This document shows, in pieces, positions 12,936 through 23,699 of a stretch of 64,000 nucleotides of DNA. Positions within the stretch are counted from its first letter, which is position 1; every line of letters starts with the position of its first letter. This DNA is from Raillietiella orientalis. Taxonomy: Eukaryota. The stretch is from positions 744,001 through 808,000 of the forward strand of contig JAYWIR010000039.1 in assembly GCA_036172245.1 (NCBI GenBank), read 5' to 3'. A model generated the notes under the pieces. That model was not told where the DNA came from. It saw nothing but the letters and a program-made list of their open reading frames with translations, and did not search any database. The position numbers and the translations under genes were made by a program.

Positions 12936-13744
12936 GCGAGGCGTCTTGCGCTTCTGGCGCGAACGCGGCCTCCCGAGTCACGAAAAGCGAGAGGATTTCA
13001 CTGCTTCCTTGCACTCCCGGAGGACCGGAAGGAACACCTGAGGCCTCATTCCGAGTGGATAGATGGATTCTTCTTCGTCCCTCTCGGGGCCATCCTCAGT
13101 AGGTTCCGAACTGCCCTCGTGTCCAACACGTATCTGGCGTCAGCTGACCAGTTTCAAGCGCTACTTCCAAGCCACTGCCCAAGGGAAAACATAACTCGGG
13201 ACGGAGTGAAGCCGCTGGAGGCACCGGCGGCTCCGGAAGGGGCAAAAAATAAGGAAGGGGGGGGGGACGTGAGCGCTTACGCGTCAGGAAACGAGCTGCT
13301 GCGTGAGCAACAAGATCAGTGATGGTGGAGCTGACTCCTGCGGACCGCTGGCGAAGGGGGAACCAAGTCCCACGGAGATAGGCGAGTCATGGTAACACAG
13401 AGGCAGCTGCTCAGCGACGGCAAGCAGCGGGAAGGTGGTCGTCCTCTCGGCAGACGGCGTCGTTGATTCTTGCCACTGGAGCTTCTGAGCAACTCCTCGC
13501 CGAGGGTTCCTTGCGCAGCTTCAGCCCGGGGCAAACCGCAGGCCTCCACCAACATGGATCCTCTTCACAGCTGGAGCCACTTCTGCCTGCCACCACCCTC
13601 TCCGAAAGGCGGAATATTCTGGGATCATGCTCTCCCTCTTTCAGGCGAGGCGTCTTGCGGTTCTGGCACGAGCGCGCCCTCCTGCGTCACGAAGAGCGAG
13701 AGGGTTCCACTGCTTCCTTGTTCTCCCAGAGGACCGAAGGGGAA
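12936..13744 (+). repeat. Pair of ~100-bp diverged direct repeats (12936-13034 and 13645-13744)
   Basis: gcgaggcgtcttgcg..tctggc.cga.cgc..cctcc...gtcacgaa.agcgagagg.tt.cactgcttccttg..ctccc.gaggaccg is shared; roughly 80% identity by eye. Confidence 0.85.
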
Positions 13745-15039
13745 GTCTTTCCCACCTATTCTCGAGAGTGTGCCACGCGGTTGACCCCTCACCCCCGCGC
13801 GCACAAAATATCCGTCAAAGACGGACGTTTCTGGGTTGTCCACGCGAGACCAGAGCTTGGGAAAGCGCTGAAACCTTCGGGCTATATGGAGTGATGGCTA
13901 AGTGAATGGGGGACTCGGAAATCCCTGCCTCTCAGTCCTTCTCTGACGCGCGCCCCAGCTGTCCCGACCGCAAAGGCGAGCTCCCCGCTTCCCAAACGAG
14001 GCCACCACGCTTCGCTAGTAGGTGCCTCCAGTGCCAAGAGGGGTGAAGCCTTCCACCCTGTCCTTGCCACACCCAGTGCAGCGGCTTCGCGAGTTGGAGC
14101 TCTGTTCCTCCCGAGAGCGGGTCAACGCGCGGCATGCTGGCGCCACCCTTCGCCCGCGGTCTCTGGCCCAGCAAAGCACCCCTCGAGCATCCGATCTGCC
14201 CCCAAGGCTGGTAATGGCACCTCCCTCCGTCCAGCCGCCGCTCCCCTTCCCGCGAGAAGCGTGGGCTTTGCCGGCGTGTTCCGGGATCTGGGAGCAGTCG
14301 TGTGCTCTCTGCACGCAGCGAACAAGGGTAGTTGGAGGTGAGGACGCGGGTCATGAGTTCCCAGCCCTGCGTTGGGTCATGAGAACTTATCGCACACTCC
14401 CCGTGGAGAAACGCACACTGGGTGGCACCCCTCCTTCGGGCAGTGTCCCCACTGAGGGCACAAAATGAGATGGGATCACCGCTAGCTGCGAACTCCAAGA
14501 GCACTCCCTCTCCAAACATGAGCACATATTACACTGCCCGACAGCTCGGATGGGGACCGCAGAGGCGTTTCCCGGTGGTTCGAGGAGGAGGGAGGAGCGA
14601 GAGCGACGGTTCTCCCGGTCAACGGACTGAGAGGCTGGGAAGCGACAGGGTGCCGGGAAAACGTGCGTGAAGAGCACCTTTTCGTTGGGCACCGTTCCCA
14701 TTCGTTCGGAATGGCTGCCCACTTCGTTTGCCGAGCCCCTCGTCTTCATCCACTTCCGTCTGTGCCACCATCATCTTTCACCATTTCGCTTTCTCGAAGG
14801 ACTCAGCTGAGGCGAAAATGAGCCTGCATCCTTTATGGATCCAGGCTGTGCTCCTTCGGAGCGTGCGCGCTCATCCATCACCACTGGTCTCCAAGGGTAC
14901 TCAACAGCCTTCATGCTGGTGCTAGCTCCTCTGAAGTCTTCTGAAGTTCCTCTAAACAGAAGGGGGTACACCTTTCCGGAGGTTCTCTCCCTGGTAGGGC
15001 TTTGGGTTTGCAACCGCCTCTCCGCGATGACGCGGAGAG

Positions 15040-15195
15040 GCAGAGGAGGACGAGAGGAAGGGAGGAAACAACGAGGAACGGAGGAGGATGAGAAGGAAGG
15101 GAGTAGGAAAGGAGGAGAGGAGGATGTGAAGGAGGAGTTAGAGGGTGAGAGGAAGGGAGAAAATAGGGAGGAATGAAGGAGGAGGAGGAGGGAGA
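15040..15195 (+). repeat. Purine-rich (GGA/GAG) low-complexity tract
   Basis: Run of gagga/gga motifs that is almost free of pyrimidines. Confidence 0.8.
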
Positions 15196-15329
15196 CGTGG
15201 AAACCATAACTCCTGAAAGCTCCGGTGATCTTCAGACGGTTCTCTGAACGTGGAAATGAGTGTCCTTCCCTCCTTTGGTCTCCATGCTTAAAGGCATGAT
15301 GGGATTCAATCAGCATCCACCGTTCACAC

Positions 15330-16520
15330 CAAAAACAAGGCAGTCGGATGCAGTGAACGATGCAACTCACAGCAGCTAAGATACTTGCAGAATCCTCTCG
15401 CACAAATAGGAGGAATGGGAGAGGCTTGCTTCCTTATGCGGTCCCTTGCAAACAGTTGCACTCACCCCTTTCAACCACAGCATTCATCGAAGATCTCCTT
15501 CACGCTCAGACTGCAGAGCTTCTTTCTGCTTTCTATCACTTCCGGAAACGTGGCTACCTGCTCTTGATGACGAGTCGACGCATTCCTCCTCCTCCTCTTC
15601 TTCTTTCAGCTTACCTTAATGATGCTCGCAGACATCCTGCGAGAATTGCACCCTTCCCATCTCTTCAACGTGGAGCCGTTCATTCCCTGACCCTTGCTGT
15701 CCGTTCCCTTTGATCCGTCCTCGTCGTAAGGCTGGGAAACGACTTCGTGAGGGAAAACGACTGCTCATCTCATGCTTCCAGGTCAACTGGAAATTCTGCC
15801 TGTTGGGTTTTGAGTTTCTCTAATGTCTCTGGCAGTTCGCTGGGTTCACCGTTCATGGGAACCTACGACTGGCGCTCCTGCTGTTGCGGCATTTTTTAAT
15901 TAGCGGACAGGAGAGCAGTCCTGGATTTTTGCTGTCCTTCTGCCTTGCATCAAGCAGGACCTTCGAAAAGGACTGAGCAACCAAAGACCGGTACTTGCCC
16001 CCTCTCCCTGGAGCAACAGGTCAGGTGTGGCTTCGGCTTCGAAGCCGCTTCGGATTGGAGGTCATCAGTTCCCAGTGCTTCGTGGGTCACCGGTCTTGCT
16101 ATGCGGCGCGCGTTGCTATGCGTCCCCACATGGTCTGGCTGCTTCACATCCGTTGGAAATGTGACCCTGCGATTCTTCCACACAGGCACTTCCACACGAT
16201 CTCTGATGAGCGATGCCCGCAACACAGAAAGTTGGGTCGCGCGCCTCCTGAATCCGTCGGTAATCTGAGAGGTAAAAGAATACAAAATGCCCTCAACCAA
16301 TCCGCCTTCCAACTCAGCATATGACCTTTTCTTGATCCGGGTGTTTCCCAATAAGGCATGTCCATGTCTTGCGATCGTGTCCAGGCTGACGACGACTTGC
16401 TTCCTCCTTCCGGTCTCCTTCTAGTTCTCTCTCTTTGAAGGAGACTGGAAGCTTCCCTGACTGCCGTCCAGACGCTCCTGGTGTCGCCGCAGTCTCCCCT
16501 CCCATTTTCCGTTGATCGCA
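15330..16520 (-). mobile_element. Decayed pogo/Tigger-like transposase (CENP-B HTH plus DDE_1)
   Basis: Minus-strand motifs in order: TRIKKRSYAELEGGL (CENP-B kR.r..y.elE.aL), LRASLIRDR, NGEPSE...LEKLK...FPVDLEA*DEQ (GE.as / iFNaDET), LVIKSR*PRF (lvIGks..PRcf), EIFDEC, FLLFVRED (LLllDN). Multiple stops. Confidence 0.55.
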
Positions 16521-17328
16521 TCGGGCCTGAAGTCTTCTAGATCTTCATCCACTGCAGATTCCTGCAGCTCCTTCCTTACCACTTACCTTTTTTGCGAATT
16601 CTGCACGGCCGACAAAGCCGCCGTGCAGAGTGAAGTTGCCCCACACCGGCGTAAAGTTAGGTAGTATAGGTCAGGAGATGCACCTGACACCCGGCATGCA
16701 CTCAGAGTGCAGTGCGACCGTTCAATCTCCATAACGAATAGGAGGCAGGCGTCCCTGGATCACGGCTTCTTTCGGGAACAGAACTGTTCATCGGAGGAGC
16801 GAGAGAAGGGCTGCCGCTTCCACGGGTAACTCGGCAGGAGGTAGCCAGACTGGTGGGATGTGTCCTACCGGCACCAGACGAACTTCCCACTTGTCTCGCT
16901 CCAGGGAACTTTCTGGATGAGCCTTCGATCCCTCCTCCTCGCCCGAGAGGAACGTTTGAGGTAGCTAGTGGCTCAGGCAGAGTGGTTCCGTAGGCAGCGA
17001 TATGCACGATAAGACATATTATGAAAGCACCGGCTTCCCTGTGGAAGCTAAGCATGGAGAGAGATGGGATTCTCGACGCGTTGCTTAGGATCCACTAGCA
17101 AGGAATGCAGCAATCTATTTGGAGAGAATAAGAAAGAGCAGTGGATCGCAGAGACAACCAGAGTGTGAAGGATTCCCTACGGGTTGCCTTCTAACTTGGA
17201 TGAAGAGTTACACATATGCTCTGGTGGCGTTCACGGTGTTTTAAGAGCCTTCTGAAACCCCGTGTGGAGTCAGCGCCGAGCCTCTCCGATGCCCCTCAGG
17301 GAAGAGAACGGACAGTTCTTGTGTTTTT

Positions 17329-17918
17329 ACCGGTTGCGCCGTGGCGTTTCTTCTTTACAAAATAGAAAGAAACAAAACAAACAGACGGGAGTCGGTGGAA
17401 CTGGTTCCCCACCAAGTCCGGCCATCACCTGAGGAACCCCAGCGAGGTCTACATAACCTAGGGGGTTATGGGATAAGAAAAGAAAAGACGAAAAAAAAAA
17501 GCAGTTGGTTAAATTGGGGGGAGGGGGGGGAGGAAAGGATTACATCGCAAGATGTGGAGTCTTTTGCATTCTTTGAAGGATGTTGTCCAGCTCCTCTTGA
17601 TGTCCTGACAGGAGGTCCATCTCGCCCCGAACCGTAGGAATCGAATGGACAAAAGGATGGCTCCCTGCCGTGTTGTCCTCTCTCGGAGTCGTTCCTGGAG
17701 GCGTAGGCCCCCAGCAGGCAGCACAGCGCTGCGGCGCGGCAGCTATGGAGACCAGGCACAAATAGGTCCCTCAGAATGTTCACTGGACTGTCCACAGGGA
17801 AAGGAAGGGACGCGGGGAAACTTTCCCACAGTGTCCTCAGGGCAACACGCCCAGGTGGAGGAAGTAAAGGACTTTTTCTCCCTGCATCTGGTTCAGTTGG
17901 CACTGACGCTCCCTCCTT
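17329..17918 (-). mobile_element. L1/Tx1-like non-LTR element copy A, 5'-truncated 3' end
   Basis: VALRTLW...LFVPG...AALCCLLG and EELDNILQRMQ (homologous to copies B, C, D, H), then a T-rich 3' UTR and the terminal motif aagaaacgccacggcgcaaccggt (17352-17329). Confidence 0.6.
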
Positions 17919-17922
17919 GTCA

Positions 17923-18900
17923 CCCGGGTGCGCCGGGGCGTTTATTACAAACTATTCGGGAACAGAGTTCCCGGACAAAGGGGAAAACAAGAGACGAAGG
18001 GGGTGGGATCCCCGACACGCAGGTCGGTATGCCGAAAGTCCGGAACGGGAGGGAGGGGACCACAAATACACTACTATAAAAAAATAAAAAGAAAAATATG
18101 GAGGGGAGGGTACAGGGGTCTTTGGTTCGGCCGTTCCTTCCTTTCAGAACCGGCGATGGATGCCGGCGATCTCTCTCCTCACGCTCTCTGGTAGGTGGGC
18201 CCACTCGGCAGCCGACGACATGCTTGCGCTTGCTAATCCGGTGGGCTGACGAACGATGGCCAGCTTCTCCAACTCTCGGTGGGCCTTGTCGATGGCGCGG
18301 GTGCAACACACGGTTGCAACGACAGCACCCAAAGACAGGCCGCCTGGCGTGAAGAAGCGGCGCATCAAGTCCCTCGCGGCGTCCCCCTGGTGCAGGAGAG
18401 CTGAGGCCAGCCTCCGCCAAAGTCCTTGGAGGGCACCGCAGTCCAAAAGCAGGTGCGGGAGCGTTTCCACTTCCTGACGCTCCCTCTCGTCCAGTGGTGG
18501 TGGCGCGCGTTATGCGGGAGTGCCCAGCGCAACGTCAGCAGCGCCGACTGCTGCGTTGTGAGGGGGGAGGGATGGTTTCCTCGCAATCACCGGCGTATAT
18601 CCAGCTCTTCCGGAACGATGTTGAAGAGTTCATCCTAGCAAACTAGTCCTCGGGGAAAAGTCACTTTTGTTGAGGCATCAGCGAGCTTGAAGGAGCGGTT
18701 CGAACTCAAACGGTTCTTGAGCGAGCTCTTCGCTTGCAGCCTTGAACTTCTTTGAGAGAAGTTCTCTCCCCTCCATGTGGTATGGCGAGGCCATGAGCTG
18801 TTGGCATGGCTCACGCAGACCGCCCTCTTGTTGCGTCCTTCGTTTCCGGAAGTAAAGCACGCATTCGTTGCATTCGTCTTCTGCAAAAAGGGAGTAGGTT
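17923..18900 (-). mobile_element. L1/Tx1-like non-LTR element copy B, 5'-truncated 3' end
   Basis: LRWALPHNARHHHWTRG plus ETLPHLLLDC (zf-RVT/CCHC-type), FFTPGG...VCCTRA...REIAGIHRRF*, a T-rich UTR, and the terminal aataaacgccccggcgcacccggg (17946-17923). Confidence 0.7.
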
Positions 18901-18904
18901 TGAA

Positions 18905-21900
18905 CGCGGTTACTCCGGGACGTTTATTTTGCAACAAACAAACAAAATAAACCACAAGTCTGAGACAACAGTGTCAAAAAACAAAAAAACAACAACGGAA
19001 AAAAAAAGTTCATCAGGGATGAGCGCCGGCAAGCAGGCCAACTTCCAAAAAGTTGGAAACGGAAGGAGAGGACAGTAAATAAATTAAAAAAGAGGGGAGG
19101 GTGAGGACTGGGAGCTTTAGTGTAAGACGTTCCTCTATTTCTAGAAGCGACTCTGGATGGTGGCGATCTCCCTGGAGACTTCTTATTGCAATCTCCCTCG
19201 CTGCTGCTATGCTGGTCGCCTCTCTTCGCCGCGAACTTGCTTCTCAGACATGGTAGACTGTCACTACAGCGCGGATGCAGCAGAATGTTGCGATCACAGC
19301 ACCTTTCTCGAGTCCGCCACAGGTGAAGAAGCTCCAGAGGAATGGTCTACTTCTTTCCGTGTACTTCCTGTACGCCTCTCAGGGAAATTGCCTCACAGAG
19401 AAATGCAGGGAGTTTTCTCGCTGCATTTCTCTGTGGTTTGTCTTCTCCGTGACGAAACGCACCTGATCGCGGCAACACGAAGAGCAAGAAAGGGGACAAT
19501 AAGCGGATTCGCTTGCGGAAACGTCCGCAGCCTCTTCCATACTTCGGAGGAATTCTGAACAGTCATTCCTCTTTCGTTCCTCTCTTTCCGGAAGGGCACC
19601 ACTTGAAGAAGTGGCAGTCACCAAGGGTGTTTCCTTTTGGGTAGGAACCCAACTGTTGTCAAGCTCTAGGAGCACAAAGTTTCTGGATTTCCAGGCGCAT
19701 CGCATGTTGGGTCAAGGAGTTACTCTCCAACCTGTCACGCGAGGGGGGAACGGCCATCTTGAAAGGACACGTCTAGGGAGCGCGTCTGGAGCCAGATACA
19801 TACACGTAAGAGCTTGGACGGACGTCGACTTATCACGGATGAAGATCAAATTAAAGGAATAAATCCCAGGATCGATACCTGAAAGAGAAGTACATAGAAC
19901 CTCCGGAACTATCGGTTCTCTAAGACGAGAACAGCACCATGGACCAAAGAAGAAAACGAGCATGGTGAGGAAGTGGTGGAAAAGCTCTGCCTTCGTTGCT
20001 GCCACACTTCCGCAAGACTTTTTGGAAGAATCTCCAAGCCCCAAACGCCAGCTAGGAAACGAGCAGGAGATCGATCTTGCCGTGGGTTCCAGACGAAGAA
20101 TGAAACGCTACCCACACATCTTTAATCATTATGGAGTCAATGCTTGAATCGTTCGCCTCTGCAGCAGGAGGAGCCATGCCTTGATCTACCACGTCCAGGA
20201 GACGGACCACGGAACGTGGAAGTTCCCACCCAGCAACCAAGTGATACCCGGAGCGGAGTTCTCTGAGACCTGATCTCATCCCGGGAAAACGGAAACGCGC
20301 GTCGTCCTTCCGCCTCCAAATAAGCGGCCAATAACCTCCAATAACCCGCCCTATCGAGTAAGGAGTAAGCGCTCTCTTGCAAGACGACTGACGAGATGAA
20401 TTCGGAATTGGAGAGGGAAGAATGAGATCCACAGGCAAGCAAGAAATAGATAACTGGGTGGTGCAGTGTGTGAGGAGAGACGGCACTGGCTAGACAAGGA
20501 ATCCAGAAATCTGTGAATCCTTCCTTCACAACAGAGGAAAGCTTCCGTGTCTGACAGTTTAAGATGATTTTTACAGCCCCCTTCTGGCTCAAAAACACGC
20601 CCCTCTAGCAACCAGATGAATTTCAGTTCTCGCATGCCGCTGGTCTGTATTCCCAAGCGACGATTGCCTGAGGCTCTTTCCTGTTGTCTGATCACAGTGA
20701 TAGACATAGAGTGACGCGCGAGGGAATTTCAATACGCCCCATGGATACACGGCAACTCTCAAACGAGAGCGGACAGGAAAATAGTTGCCTTCTTCCCCTG
20801 AGGCGGGTGTGTTCAATGTTGCAGCAACATCGCTGGCTCGCCTGATGAGTCGTGGGAAATCACCTCTTGGTGGGAAAAGACCATGGAAGTCTGGGTGTCC
20901 ACCCTGCAAGTGACCTCAGAAAAAAACTTCGTTTTTTGAAGAATCTATGCAGCGTTCTCCTGAAAGTACTGTTGAAAGATACCATCAAGTGGTTCAGACT
21001 GGCCACCGCATTTCATGCTGCAAATTGTCCCTTCTTTCGCCGTCTCCCTTTAGGCCTGTTGGTAAGTAGCGACAGTAGCCAACCAGGAAAGTAGGAGTTC
21101 TGCATTACTTCGGGAGTCACCAAACTCTAAGACGAGGGAGATGGGAGAAGGAGCGAGATGGGCGAGATAGGGCGAGCGAGATGGTGGTCGCCGCCGCTCC
21201 ACGGTCTCAGGCAAAAGCATTGCTCCGGTTCCGATCCCCCGCAGAACGAGTAGTCTCTTCCCTTTGCATGGGCGCTTTGGTTTTCCTCCTCAAGTGGAAG
21301 CATCAGGTGTGCACCCCTTCTACATTTAGGTTTCCGGTGTAAAGAGCGCGTAAAACCTCGTTGCCGGGGGAATTGCACCCCTGAACTGTTCCAAGTGCTG
21401 GATTGGATTGCAGAGCCCTCCGGTAACTGTAGCAAAGGCTGGCTTTACCGCTGCTTGCATCCGGAAGACACGGCGAGAGATGTGCTGTGGGCTTTCGTGT
21501 GGCGAGAAGATGGCGGCGTCGGGTGGCGCACGCGTCATTTTGGCTGCCCGCATCGCCCTGGAGCTACTCCTGCAGCAACGCCCAGTGCTCTAGCCTCCGT
21601 GAGAGCTGTAGCGAGTGCTTCTGGTACACATCTCAAGATTAGTGGATGTTCGACTTTTTGCTTCTGACCACACCCTTTGCCCAATCGAAAATCCTCCGAG
21701 TTCATCGTCGGCCGAGTGCTCAAACCCAAGAAACCCACAGAGAACCCCCCTGCTGCTGCAGACGTTCTTTTGAAAACAAAGTAAGGAGCCAATCCACAGC
21801 ACCTTCTCCCCTTGTTCCCTCGCTCTTCAGCACGCACCGCTGAGTACTCAAAAAGGCGTGAGGCAACTGGATGATTACCTCCTCTTTTCCCTGAGACACG

Positions 21901-23400
21901 AGGTCTCTCTGCAACCTCGGATCTATTCTCAGGATAGTCTGATTGGTAGCCATTAATTCCCAGTGTTTCCGGTTAACCCTATCGAACTGGGTCACCAGTT
22001 TTGCCAGGCATATGGAGCGTTTCGCAATTTTGTAGGTCGTTCTTGAGCAAGGACGCTCTTCAACATTCAGTGCCCGCAGGATGCAAATTGGAAGCATGGA
22101 ATGGACCGTACGCCCTTCTACAAGAAGAATCTCAACTAGGAGAAATATCCAGATCCGTAGGGCAGTGAAGCTGGATACTCAGCTCCCAGTTCTTTAGAGC
22201 AGCACTCGATCGATTCGCCGAAGACTACGTTGATGAGCCAGAGGCTGTACGCAGCTCTGTGCTGAGCTGTGCTGACGATCTAACTGACCAAACAGAAAGC
22301 GCCTTCAGACTCAACGTAGGCTGGGACTACCCTTCAGTTTCAAGAGAGTGCATCCTCACATTCCGTAGCAACAGCACGAAGAGATGCCACGAAACCTCCA
22401 AACTGGAGAACAGGCGACGTCCCGATTCCCGTGCATGACGATGCATGCGGGAAATCCAGAGAAATCATCTGGACAGCAGTCGTTCCCATCTCAGCAGACC
22501 AGGCTGAAAATCCCAATCAAAGAGATAGCCAGGATTAGTAACGCAACGTCCCCCCCCACGCTCTAAAAACGGATGCGGCGTGCAAGTCGAGCGCCCGCCC
22601 TCCCAACAGCCGAAAGCGTCCACGATTGAAATTCCTCAGTCGGCATTTGGAAGCGGGGACGATACTTCGGATCCATCGAGCAAGGCGAGCAGCCACCATC
22701 CTTGCGCTGGTGTCTCGAAGGAATGAATCGGCCTTTGGAATCCATCAGAAAGGAAGCACGACTTCACCGCAGGCGGTTCTATCCAGCCGCCAACCCACCG
22801 AACCCGCCGGCAGCTCGGCAGCACCTCTGAGCATCACAAGCGACAGTGTTGAGGGAGCTGCGCGCACCGCCGGCTGACGAGACGTTCAGAGAGCATCCGC
22901 GCCAGGACCCGTAGAGGGGAAGCACCAGAGACCCTCAAGCAAAAAACACCGGAATCGCTCCGGAGAAGGACCAGGCGTCCATAAGAGAAGGCGCAACCTC
23001 CAGGAAAGAGATGGGAATGCAGCCTGGGACCGGGTCGTTGATGGAGAAGCCGGTTCTTTCCTTCATGGGGAAACACTTTCACTGGAAACGGGGCAGGGCA
23101 GAGCTCCACGACGGCGCATCTCCCATGCAGCGGTCGAAACGCGAGGTTCCCCGGCTGCAAATTCCCCCGTGACTCCATTCTCTGAGTCCTCCTCAGCAGC
23201 CACACCTGTCAAGGATGGCGCCAACTAGGAAGACGCACGCGGTACGCGAGAAAGAGTCCTGTTCCCCTAGCAAAACATCTCCAGAAGGGACGACGATGAA
23301 GAGTGGTCATGACCCCCAGCCAATCGACCTGTTCCTCCTGGAGAAGATGCGAACCCGTGAGAGCTCCTGAGCGGCGGGAGGTTAGAGGCATAGGAGGACC
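18905..23400 (-). mobile_element. L1/Tx1-like non-LTR element copy C, near full length but highly decayed (ORF1-like, APE endonuclease, RT, C-terminal domain)
   Basis: Motif order on the minus strand: LRALNVE (EN start, ~22070), VLCGFLG (GDFN), TPASGEEG (KaPGpDG), AVKIILNCQTRKL (RT2), VVLQESAYSLLDR (DqeKAFD), GMRSGLRE (GvRQG), AEANDS (YADD), FHSSSG, FLAGV. It ends FFTCGG...FCCIRA...REIATIQSRF* (stop 19141-19143), and the 3' motif is at 18928-18905. The 5' boundary is approximate. Confidence 0.6.
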
Positions 23401-23699
23401 CTCCACCGACCTTACGTCGATACGACTGCCACAGCGCGAAGGCGGAAGGACAACTGCAGGAAGGCCGGCGGGCGCCGATACTTCCCTACTTCGCCGCCAG
23501 GAGCGTGCCCTCAAGCGAAAGTCGCAGGGCGCTGATCTGTATCCATGGACACAGAAGCGAATCGCGGACTATTCAGAGAAGGCGAAGATCGCTGAGAGCC
23601 GGATGGGGCGCGAAGAGAGGGAAGGCACAGCGTGGGCCGCAGCGGGGAGATCCGCTGGGGCCTAAGCGCGCGGCAGGAGCACTGAAGGCACGTCGGCGA

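Noticed and set aside
19200..22100. Possible Polinton/Maverick protein-primed DNA polymerase relic (AGVAPGRCG, RCIDS, GYHLVAGWE look-alikes)
   Set aside because: The same region is contiguous with a C-terminus clearly homologous to copy B and carries EN and RT motifs in the right order and spacing, so a non-LTR ORF2 explains it better.
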